Below are positions 50,275 through 61,494 of a stretch of 64,000 bases of DNA, piece after piece; the stretch's first letter is position 1, and every line of letters starts with the position of its first letter. The translations under genes and the position numbers were made by a program. The stretch comes from Heterodontus francisci (taxonomy: Eukaryota), in NCBI RefSeq assembly GCF_036365525.1, contig NC_090372.1:180087800-180151799 (forward strand). Direction: 5' to 3'. Below the pieces are notes generated by a model. It was not told the DNA's origin. It was given only the letters and a program-made list of their open reading frames with translations, and searched no databases.

Positions 50275-52287
50275 ATGGTCAGAGTGGTGGTGGAGAGTTA
50301 AAATATGGCACGATCAGAAGCTCGGGGTCATGCTTATGGATTGAACAAAAGTGTTCTACAAAGTGGTCTCCCAATCTACATTTGGTCTTCCCAATGCAGA
50401 GGTGATTGCAGTGTGAGCAGCGAATACAGTATACTGAATTGAAAGAAGTAAATCATTGTTTGACCTCGAATGAGCTTTTGGGGCCTTCAATAGGGGGAAG
50501 GGAAGAGATAAAAGGGAAAGTGTTGCATCTCCTGCGCTTACATGGGAAGGTGTTGTGGAATGGGGAAAGAGTATTGGGGGAATTAAAGAGTGGACCAGGG
50601 TGTCATGTAGGGAATGCTGCGTTTGGAATGCTGAAAAAGAAGGCAAAGATGTGTTTGGTGGTAGCATCGCGCTGGAGGTGAGGTCTAGGGCCTTCAACAC
50701 TCATTCCAGGTGAAACAGCAATTTACTTGTACTTCTTTCAATTTAGTATACTGTGTTTGCTGCTCACAATGTGGCCTCCTTTACATTGAGAGACCAAATG
50801 CAGATAGGGAGTCTGCTTTGCTGAACACTTTTGCAAGCATACTCCTGAACTTCCGGTCTCCTGCTATTTTAATTCTCCGCCCCGCTTTCAATCTGACCTC
50901 TCTGTTCTCGGTCTCCGACACTGTTCCAATAAAGCTCAATGTGAGCTCAAGGAACAATACCTCACCTTACGATAAGGCATTTTGCAGCCTTCCAGACTCA
51001 ACATTGACTTCAATCATTTCAGAACATAAACACTGCACCCAAGACCGGGATTTATCCAGGTGACGGGGGTCTTGACCACTGGTAAAAGTGAAAGTCCCGC
51101 TTTGCCTCCTCTGTGGAATGCCCGCTGAATTACGTGCCAATTAGGCACTTAAGTGGACAGCAGCGGGCCTCCCCCAGGATCAAGGATCCTAGCGACGGAA
51201 GTACTGCCAGCTGACGCTGTTGGCTAATCAGAGGTCGGCAGCTCTTTAACTGAGCAGTGCCGCCATGCAGGCAATGGCTGCTGATGGTACTGGACCCACC
51301 CAAGGCCCTGGACCCAGCCTACAGGTAAGTCAGAGCGGGAGCGGTTTCGCGGGGGGGGGGAACATAGGGGGGTAGGCAGCAAGGGCAGGGGGTGGCTCTC
51401 AGTAGCCCCCCCCGGTCTTCCTGAAGCTGGGTCCCTCAATCAGGCACTAAGTGCCTTTTAATGAGGGTCCACCCCCCACTCCCCCGGCGCCAACATGCAA
51501 TCCGCATGGGTTTGCTTTGTGTGCTTCTTGTGTGGCAACAGGCCCGCCCACTGCTGGGCTAATTCCAGTGGCATTTAAGGACCTCAATTGGCAGCAGGGT
51601 GTGAAGGCCATTCACAAGCCTTCTCGCCCCAGACCTAACTTGGGTGGAGGTAGAAATGTGGCGGGGCCCTGCCCGCCACCATCCCACTAGATTATATACT
51701 CTCATCGCCTTCAAACTTGATGCGGGAGGGGTGGGGAGCATAAAATTTCCCGCCTCCTGCAAAGTCTTTTGGACGGCAGCTGTTGGTAATCTGTTGGTAA
51801 TAATTCTCCTGTTGCCATTTTCACTTACTCTAGACTCATCTTTTGTTTGTTACTTGTCCCATTACTATCTTCTTTTGCCTTGTACCATTGTCTCTTTCGT
51901 CATTTAATTTATCTTGCCTTCCACCCTAGTCCAGACATTCCCTTCTGTTCTTTCCCTTCCCCGTTTTCCCTGCCTTTGTACTTGCTTAAAACCTGTTACA
52001 TCTCTAACTTTGTTCCATTCTGACAAAAGGCCATTGACTTGAAATGTTTACTCTGTTTCTCTCCAGAGTTGCTGCCTGACCAGCTGAGTATGTCCTGCAT
52101 TTTCTGTTTTTCTTTTCCTGACCAAACATTAATTGAATTCTGAAATAAAAACAAGAAATAATGGAAATACTCAGCCGGTCTGGCAGCATCTGTGGAGAGA
52201 GAAGCAGAGTTAACATTTCAGATCAGTGACCTTTCATCAGAGCAGTTTTGATTTCAGATTTCCAGCATCTGCAGTATTTTGTTTTAT
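50275..52287. mobile_element. Penelope-like element with inverted segments, interrupted by a MITE
   Basis: Minus segment ~50275-50690; plus segment ~50690-51030 (CTSFNLVYCVCCSQCGLLYI) resuming at ~51770-52115; inverted terminal repeat at 52145-52245. Confidence 0.8.
51040..51752. mobile_element. GC-rich MITE, same family as 47826-48562
   Basis: Colinear similarity to 47826-48562; right end GCATAAAATTTCCC. Confidence 0.7.
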
Positions 52288-52561
52288 ATTAATTGAATTC
52301 TGAATGTTATGCAGCTCTGCTTACTTAACAACTGAAAATTGTAGACTTAGAGGGTCACAGTTTCACCTTATGAGCTGAATAATGCATTGCGCATCACATT
52401 ACCTTTCTTTTTTATGAAACAATGTAATACATATGCATCATACCTTAAAGTATTAACAGCTCTGATTTGGCAATGAATCAGAGGATAAGTCACTTTGGAA
52501 CAATAGGGATTTTACTTGTACCTCATTGGTAAAATATCATATTTGCAAAATATCAACCAAG

Positions 52562-53830
52562 CTTCTTCTTCTTAGGCAGTCCCTTGGGAACGAGGATGAC
52601 TTTCTTCCACTCCAGGGTTGTGGGTCCTTAGGTGATTGAATAGTCCAATTCTGGATCCTCACATTCTGCCACAGGTGGAGCAGGTGGTGTTTGGTGCGGC
52701 AAGTAAATGGGATGCTCAAATTTCCGAAAGCTCCTTCCGCTGTTTGCACTTAGTCGCTGCCTGGGCATGTCAACGTTGTTCGAACTGGCTGGCACCCTCG
52801 CGGATGCTTCTTCTCCATTTTGGGCGGTCTCAGGCAAGAAATTCTCATGAATCAATGGAGATGTCACATTTTTTTCAGGGAGGCTTTAAGGACATCCTTG
52901 CAGTGTTTCCTCTGCCCTCCAGGTAGCCTCTTGTTGTAATGGAGCTCGGAGTAGAAAGCCTGTTTTGGGAGTCTTGTGTCAGGCATGCAGACGATGTGGC
53001 TGCCCAGCATAACTGACTAGCCATGACCAGTGTCTCAGTACTGGGGATGTTGACCTGAGAGAGGACACTGATATTGCAGTGCCTGTCCTGCCACTGAATT
53101 TGCAGGATCTTGCGGAGGCACCGCTGGCAATATCTCTCCAGGGCTTTGAGACGTCTGCTGTACAGCGTTCATGTTGCCGATGCATATAGAAGGGCAGGTA
53201 ACTCCAAGAAAAATGTAGGGAGTGGCAGCAACTTTATACATGGCCTATTTTGACCTCACAAAGGCCTTTGACTCTATTAACTGGGAAGGATTATGAAACA
53301 TCCTCCTCAAATTTGGCTGTCCAGAGAAATTTGTCACCATCCTCCGCCTGCTGTGTGACGACATGCAAGCTGTAATCCTTACCAACAGATCTGTCACTGA
53401 CCCAATCTGAGTGTAAACTGGGGTCAAGCATTGAACCAATGCTCTTTTCCATCTTCCTCGCTGCAACATTCCACCTCATCTCCATGAAGTTCCCTGCCAG
53501 AATAGTTCTACTCTACAGGACGAGTGGGAAACTATTTAACCTATGTTGCCTCCGGTCTAGAACCAAGGTCACCCCCACCTCATGACATTGAGCTGCAGTA
53601 TGCTGACGACGCTTGCGTATTCGCACACTCAGAGACTGAGCTTCAAACCCTCGTTAATGCATTCACAAGGTGTATGAAAGAATGGGCCTTAAGCTAAACA
53701 TCCGGAAGACAAAGGTCCTCTACCAGCCTGCTCCCACAGCGCAAGACTGCCCCCCCGACTGTCAAGAACCACGGCGAACCACTGAACAATGTGGATCACT
53801 TCTCATACCTTGGCCGCCTCCTCTCAGCAG
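52562..53830. mobile_element. RTE LINE (second family) with an inverted 5' segment
   Basis: Minus-strand 3' end with a GAA tail at 52562. Plus-strand RT part at 53235-53830: FDLTKAFDSI, GCPEKF, LQYADD. Confidence 0.78.
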
Positions 53831-54874
53831 GGCTGTAGACCATGAGCTTGTTGCCAGATTTGAGGTCTTTATTGTCAAACACTCTTTTCCTCAGACAACT
53901 GAAGGCTGCGCTGACACACTGGAGATGATGCTGAGTTTCATATACATGGCACAGAGACTATGCGAGTATCTTAAAGAAGTGGAGGATAAGCAAGTAGAAA
54001 AAGAAGCATGAAATATTGGCAAAGTGCAGCAGGTTCCTGCAACACAGGAGCTTGGTGGAGGGAGAAAGCTAGATGCCATAGAGGGTGCAGACCACATCAC
54101 CAGCATGGTGTTCCAACAGAGCACTCCTGTACTAAGCATGAGCCAATGTCCTTCCCCATCCCAGAAACTCCAGAACACCCATCCCACATTGCCAGCACTT
54201 CCTGATGAAGAGAAAGTGGGAGCTATAATTAAGGTCTGAAATTATTAAAAGGTAGTAGTGACACAAGGTGCCCAGAGTGCTGCAATTAGGGATGGCCACA
54301 AGTGCCCTAGCCAGCAATGCCCACATCCCATGAAAGAATTAAAAAAGTCTCTTCTTTAAAGATAAGGTGCTGTTCTTCAAGTTTGAGCTGCATCAGAACG
54401 GTGTAGAAGGCTAAAGACAGAGTGTTTGGGGTGTGAGTGGGAATAAAAATTGAACTGTCAAATCAATGGAGAGCTCAGAGTTGCTCATGGACACAGCAGT
54501 CAGCTAAACTGCACTAGCAACTGGGCCCCCGGCATTTTCCAGTGCATTCTGCAGCTCCCTTGTCAGGAGTACAGTGCGAACTCAGAAGAATCCCAGAGAA
54601 ATTTTGGCCCCTTATATATAATTGCTCCTATCAAAGTTAGCTCAGATAGACTTTATAAAGTTCATGCTTTACACTATTTCAATACTTTTATACAAGAAAA
54701 TTCACAGTTGCTTTGAAAGCATTTACTGCTTCTAATAATGTCCCCCGGTTCTCTTCAGACTTTTGCCATTGCTTGACAGGACAGGTAAAGGGACAAAACT
54801 CACAAGCAGCCAATCCTGACGTACTCTGTAAACAGCCAGTTTTGTAGTCAATCATTTCAAAATTCGACAAATTA

Positions 54875-55620
54875 GAGTCATAGAGTCATTGACGGCATGG
54901 AAGGAGGCCATCTGCGGGCTTGAAGGGCTGAATGGCCTATTCCTGCTCCTTTTTTAAAAAAAAAGAGTCCATGCCAGCTCTCCATGGAGCAGTCCAATCA
55001 GTTCCACTGCCCCATTCGATTCCCGTAGCCCTGCAAGTTTATTTCCTTCAAGTGCCTATGCAATTTGCTTTTGAAATCATTGATTGTCTCCGCTTCCACC
55101 ACCCTTGTGGGCAGCAAGTTCCAGGTCATTACCACTCGCTGCATAAAAAAGTTCTTCCTCACATTCCCCCTGAATCTCTTGCCCAAAACCTTCTATTTGT
55201 CTCTCCTTATCCTTGCACCATCAGTTAACAGGAACAGTTTTTCCTTGTCTAACTTACGTAAGCCTGTCATAAGCCTATCAAACCTCTCCTCAATCTCCTT
55301 TGCTCCAAGGAGAACAAACTTTTCCAACCTAACCTTGTAACTAAAATCCCCCATCCCTGGAACCATTCTGGTAAATCTCCTCTGCACCCTCTCAAGGACA
55401 CTCACATCCTTCCTAAAGTGTGGTGACCAGAATTGGATGCAATACTCTAGTTGGAGCTTTATAAAAATTCATAAATCATATAAAGATTATAAAGATAATA
55501 ACTTCCCTGATTTACCAGAATGGTTCCAGGAATGGAGGACTTTAGCTACAAGGTTAGTTTGGAAGACTATGGTTATTCTCCCTGCAGCAAAGGAGATTGA
55601 GGGGAGATTGGATAGAAGTG
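54875..55620 (-). mobile_element. CR1 3' fragment plus a short inverted CR1 piece
   Basis: VLERVQRRFTRMVPG and KNFFMQRVVMTWNLLP on minus; 55512-55620 is the same region on plus. Confidence 0.85.
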
Positions 55621-55623
55621 TTG

Positions 55624-56318
55624 GCTTATGATCCCAGTGGAGACCATCAGCAAACAAAAATAATTAAATCCCCTGAACTGATCCCAATTTAGGAAACCAA
55701 ACCAAACAGACAAGATTTTACTTTTATAAATTTTTACTTTCTTCTGTTTCAGTTTTGGTTTCTGTTTCTGCTTCAAGTCTAGTTTCTCTCTCAGTTAGGG
55801 TCTAAAAAAACAAGTTTGCAACCACAGCTTCCATTACACTTCCCACCCCACCCCTTGGTAAAGCTTTCTTCACAATAGTTTAGAAATACAGCAAGTTCTT
55901 ATCATAAACGTTTCAATAAATAGCTTATTGCATGCTGTACAGTTAACATTTTCATATTCCACAATTATATATATTGTATTTACAAAATCATAAGGGCTTT
56001 AACCAAGAGCAAAACCCAAGTAAAGTGACAATTAGTATTCAAACATCATAGAATTATCATAACTCAGGGCCTTCCTTCTCTCTAACACCCTTGCTTTAAA
56101 CTCTGGATAGAGCCATCAGAAATTACTTTTCCCTGCAACATGCACAGTTTTCAGTGTAACATCAAACTCCAATGCAACAGCTGGAGGTTCTTTGTTCTGA
56201 ACTTTTCTAGAAACACAAGTGGATTCTAACCTGAAAAACCAATATTTCTCTCTGACTATTGGTTACATATACCTCAAACTGTTGTAAACCCAGTACAAGA
56301 CTTAAAGCTTCTTTCTTT
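55624..56318 (-). mobile_element. LTR-like sequence, possibly the 3' LTR of the Gmr1-like element
   Basis: 55626-55740 aligns by eye with the reverse complement of 6745-6854. Confidence 0.55.
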
Positions 56319-56323
56319 GTGGT

Positions 56324-57347
56324 TGTTACGAGAGTCCATTTTTTTGTTACAACTTACAATCTATATTTTTAAACTGAAAAGACTGACCTTTGGGTGTTTT
56401 TTTGGAAAGGAAGTTCAACAAAAGTTCACCAGTAAACAGGTTTTTACTGGAAAACAGGTAATTTCAAGTAAACACCAAAGGGAGTTTGACTTAAGAGCTA
56501 TTTTATGTTTGACAAGAGGGAATTTATGATTAGCATGAGATTTGCCTGGAATAAAAGATTTGGTTTCACTTTGAACTGTTAAAAGATGCTGGTTTTTGGA
56601 CTAAAAGCAGGCAGTTGGAATCTGCATATGGATCTGTCAGGAGATCAGAAGAAAAACCAGATAACTGTTACCTCTCTTTGAAGAATCCTTGCTATTGAAA
56701 ATCAAAAGCCTGTATGAAGTGATACTCTTGCTTCCTGCATTTTTGAAGACATCCTGAATGCTTGCAGAAACCTTGCACCTTTAAAAGAATTTTGCATCGA
56801 ATGTATGTGAGAACTGAAACTTTCTTGCTGCACCTGCTGTAACACCTATGTGAAGCTTTCTGCAGTTGAATGTCTTTGAACGCCTACCCAAACAAAATGT
56901 TCATCAACCTCGCCTGGAAGAATTCCTAGTGACAGCCAACAATTTGACTTTGGCACACCTCGCCAAGACAAAGGACTTCCATCTCCGCTTCAGTACAAGT
57001 TTTTTTATTCCTTCTATTTCTTTGTAACAGCTGTGAACAAAAATCCCTCCCCCCCGTTAACTGTTTTTTGGATATATGTGCGTGTGTGTGAGGGCTAGGA
57101 TAATAATATGGGGCTTTAATATTTCAATTTGCATATATATGTACTTCATTATTGGTTAATATTTGGTTTATAATAAAAGGATAATTTTGTTGTTTATTAA
57201 AGAAATATGGTTGGTGTGCTTTATTCTGGGGACAAATAGAATATCTAATTGGCTGTTTCAGTAAGTGGGCAAATTTATTGATGTGTTGTGACCTATGGAG
57301 AAATGGGACTGAAATGGCAGTGCACTCTTATCGCCTCGGTCGTAACA
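56324..57347 (+). mobile_element. Solo LTR, 1024 bp
   Basis: Perfect 8-bp inverted termini TGTTACGA / TCGTAACA and 5-bp TSD GTGGT (56319-56323 and 57348-57352). Confidence 0.88.
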
Positions 57348-57389
57348 GTGGTCAAGTACTTTGTTTGATGTTTATTAAGCTTCCTAGAG

Positions 57390-58330
57390 AAGCTGTTCAC
57401 AATATAGATCAATGATTTGGATGTGGGGACAAAATGTAATATTTCCAAGTTCACAGATGACACAAAACTAGGTGGGAATGCATGTTGTGAGTAAGAAGCA
57501 AAGCAGCTTCAAAGGGAATTGGACAGACTTAGTGAGTAGGCAAGAACGTGGCAGATGGAATATAATGTGGAAAAATGTGAGGTTATCCATTTTGGTAGGA
57601 GGAATAGATGTGCAAAGTACTACTTAAATGGTAAGAGACTAGAAAGTGTAAATGTACAAAGAATCCTGACATGCAGCAAGCAATAAGAAACCTAATGGTA
57701 TGGTCGCCTTTATCGCAAGAGGATTTGAGTACAGGAGTAGTGAAGTCTTGCTTCAATTGTATTGAACCTTGGTTAGATCACACCTGGAGTACTGTGTGCA
57801 GTTTTGGTCCCCTTACCTTAGGAAGGATATTATTGGCATCGAGAGAGTGCAATGAAGATTCACCAGACTTGTTCCCGGGATGGTGGGACTGTCCTATGAA
57901 GAGAGAGTGGGGAAACTGGGCCTGTATTCTCTAGAGTTTCAAAGAATGAGAGGTGATCTCATTGAATCTTACAAAATACTTAAAGGGATAGACAAGGTAG
58001 ATGCAGGCAAGATGTTTCCCCTGGTTGGGGAGTCAAGAACCAGGGGATACAATTTCAAAATAAGGGGAAAGCCACTTAGGACAGAGGTGAGGAGAAATTT
58101 CTTTACTCAGAGTGTTGTGAGTCTTTGGAATTCTCTACCCCAGAGGGCTGTGGAAGCTCAGTCACTGACTATGTTTAAAGTAGAGATTGACAGATTTCTA
58201 AATACCAATGACATAAAGGGATATGGGGATAATGTGGGAAAAAGGCATTGAAGTGGATGATCAGCCATGATCGTATTGAATGGCGGAGCAGGCTCGATAG
58301 GCTGAATGGCCTCCTCCTATGTTCCTGTGT
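57390..58330 (+). mobile_element. CR1 3' fragment abutting the Gypsy RNase H
   Basis: GLSYEERVGKLGLYSLE...RNFFTQSVVSLWNSLP (ORF 57880..58251). Confidence 0.92.
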
Positions 58331-61300
58331 TTGTAGAGAAGTAGCTAATAGGCTGTCCCATACCAGTATCATCTTGGAGGTGCATCACTCCTACCCCTAC
58401 ATCACTGGCGTTAACAGCCACTTTGAATGGCTTACTAAAATCTGGGACTACAAGAACTGGTTCTTTTATTAAAATGGCCTTTACCTTCTCAAATGATTTT
58501 TGGCATGATTTTGACCATTTGAACTTCACTTTCTTTTAAGATTAGTCAATGGGGTGACTGAAATTACAGACAAATTTCCTGTAGAACTCACACATACCCA
58601 GAAAACTTAATACTTCTTCCTTTGTCTTGGGTACAGGAAAATCTATTATCACCTGAACCACGGCTTCTCACAGGAACACTTGACCTTGACCCAGGATACG
58701 TCCTAAATAAGTAACTTGACGAACACGCTCTTTGCCAGCTTTATGACAAGGCTAGCTTTGGCCAGCTTGTAAAATAGAGCTCTCAAATGTCTGACATGAT
58801 CACTCCAAGTGTCGCTGTGCACCAAAAAGTCGTCGATGTACACAACACAATTATTCAACCTGGCAACAATTTGATTGGTTAATCTTTGAAATGTAGCTGA
58901 TGCATTTTTCATACCAAATGGCATGACTTTACGCTGGAACAGACCATCCTGTGTCACAAAAGCAGATATTTCATGAGCTTGGTCAGTCATGGGGACTTGC
59001 CAATAACCCTTAAGCAAATCAACCTTGCTAACAAAGGCCAAGTTCTTCACCCTATCAATACAATCCTCAAGCCTTGGGATTGGGTAGGAGTCCATCTGTA
59101 GCAGTTTTGTTTAATTGGTTTAGCTTCCCCTACATCAACCTCATGAATAGCCAGAGAAGTGGAATCTGGCTAATCTGCACATACCAGCTTATACTCCTTC
59201 AGTTATGTCTTTTCTCTGGTGCTCAGGTAGATGTTGTAGCCCCTCATCCAGACCCTCTAACACCTTTGCATTCACCAGCTTCACCACAGGAGGTTCAATC
59301 TGGGAACACTCAGTCTCAGACTCATCATGTCATGTGTCACGTGCATCAGTGTCACCATCTACATCCTCTATCATCTATTGGCTGACTATGCTCACGATCA
59401 TAGCACCTCATCAGCATATTCACATGACACAACCTTTGATTTTTCTGTCTGGGGTACTAACCAAATAATTCACCTCACTGAGTTTTCTTTTGATGAAGCA
59501 AGTCCACTAAATTTAGCTTTCAATGGTTCATCAGACAAAGGCAACAAAATTAGCACCTTATCTCCATGTTGAAATCTTACGTGCCTTAGCTGTTCTATCG
59601 GCTTGAGTTTTCATCACCTACTGAGAAACTTTGAAAAGTTCTCTGGCCATCTCTCACGCTTTTGAGAATCTGTCTTGAAATTCTGACACATTGGCCGGAA
59701 TTTTACGGTGGATGGATGGGAACCGGACTCTGATGTGAAAGTTGGTGGCGAACCTGCTTCTGCCTAGCCTGGGGATCCGTCTCGTATTTTATGGACCCCC
59801 AGGCTTTAATTGTCCTGAGGTGGGACTTCCACCCACTTGAGGGAGGAGGACCCGCCTCAGTGAGCTGCCGGCCAATCAGCAGGCTGGCAGCTCTTAGTCC
59901 CAGCAACGCCACATGGAGTGGTGGTCACTGCTGGGACTGCAGCTTAGCCGACGGGAAGGTAAGTAGGGGCATGCCTCACCAGGGGGAACAGTCCTTCCCT
60001 GGTGAGGCTGGAGTGGTCCTTTGGGGGGAGGGGGCTATCTTGTGTCTCAGGGGTGGGTTGGGAGGCGGGGTGGCCCTCGATCAGGCACCCTGTGTCCGAC
60101 TGCCATGCCCCCCCCACCACGAAGTGCGGAAAGGCCGGCAGCTATTGCTGGGCGGACTTTCACTTCCCCAGCACACCCGCTTGCCACGGGTAAAATACCC
60201 GTGGAGGCGGGCGAGGGCCCTTAAGTAGCCATTAAGCGGCCACTTAAGGGTATTGATTGGCTTCGGGCAGGCGAGCTGTTTCCCACCCCCCGCCTGACTG
60301 CCGTAAACTCGTCCGGAGGCGGAATCGGGGCGGGTAGGCCTCCCGGAGCCTGCCGCTCAATTTTACGTCGCCCCCACACCACCATCCGACCCGCTGGGGG
60401 AGGTGCAGGTAAAATTCAGGCCATAGTCTGAGACAGTAGTTTCCTCCTTTTGTGCCAAAAATTTGAGCTGCTTCACTCCAAAAATTACATATGACCGCTT
60501 GGCATACACCTGACATGAAATTTGACCCCTGGTCAGACTGAATTTCTTTTGGCAACCCATAATTAGTGAAAAACCAGACCAAATCCTCAATCACAACTTT
60601 CACTGTGATTGGTACTGCCTCTGGAAATCGAGTGGACAAATCCATGATGGTCAGGAGATACTTATAACCCAGCTTAGCCGTAGGTAAAGGTCCAACACAA
60701 TCCACAAGAGCTCTACTAATGGTTCATCAAGTGCAGCTATCGGTATTAATGGGGCTGGCTTAATTGAAGGCTGTGGCTTCCCAATCATCTGACAAGTGTG
60801 ACATGTCTTACAGAAGTTAACCACATCCCTGTGCAGCTTCGGCCAGTAACAATGCATCATCACCCTAGCTTGTGTCTTCTGAATACCAAAATGATCTGCA
60901 ACTGGTACCTGACGGGCAATTTTCAAGATTTCACCACAGTAGCAAGGAGGGACAACAATTTGATGGACTACAGCCCAGTCCTCATCAGCGGGCCTCTGGG
61001 GAGGTCTCCACTTTCTTGACATAATAACACTCACCTTTTCAGCCTGTGTCTCAGAACATGCCATGTGAGACAAGCTTCTTAAGTTAGAGTCTTCCTGTTG
61101 TGCCTCAATCAAAGAGGATCTGCTAAATAATTCACCATTGTTAGCCTTGGAGCCTTTATCACCAACATCCCCACCTAACTCATTGAAAAAAGTCTCAGCC
61201 AACCAAACACCTGAATTGTCCTCCACAACAACTGAATCCATCTCATCTTGTTTAACCTTATGAGCCTGGGATCTAGTCACAACACGATCTGGGAATATTC

Positions 61301-61494
61301 CCAGAAATTCTTCCTGTAAAGCCTCAGTTCCAGGAACCTCAACTGGCTTTTCAGAAACTACTGGAGACAGCAATACCTTATCCCCAGCCAAGTAATTTCC
61401 TCGCAGAAAATCTGCCCCCTTAGTGGGCAAAATAGGAACGACCCCCAACGATAACAGGACCAGTGACTAAGTCACATTTTAAATTAACCCTGTA
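58331..61494 (-). mobile_element. Decayed Gmr1-like Ty3/Gypsy pol region (IN upstream of RT-RNase H)
   Basis: In minus-strand order: zinc-binding HFG..YWPKL..CKTCHTCQ; IN core DCVGPLP..TRFPEA..SDQGSNF; RT YPIPR..DLLKGYWQ..MPFG..YIDD; RNase H PVLVVPDFSKPFKVAVNASDVGVG. Confidence 0.9.
59693..60422. mobile_element. GC-rich MITE inserted in the Gypsy integrase region
   Basis: 14-bp TIRs GGCCGGAATTTTAC / GTAAAATTCAGGCC (one mismatch). Confidence 0.85.
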
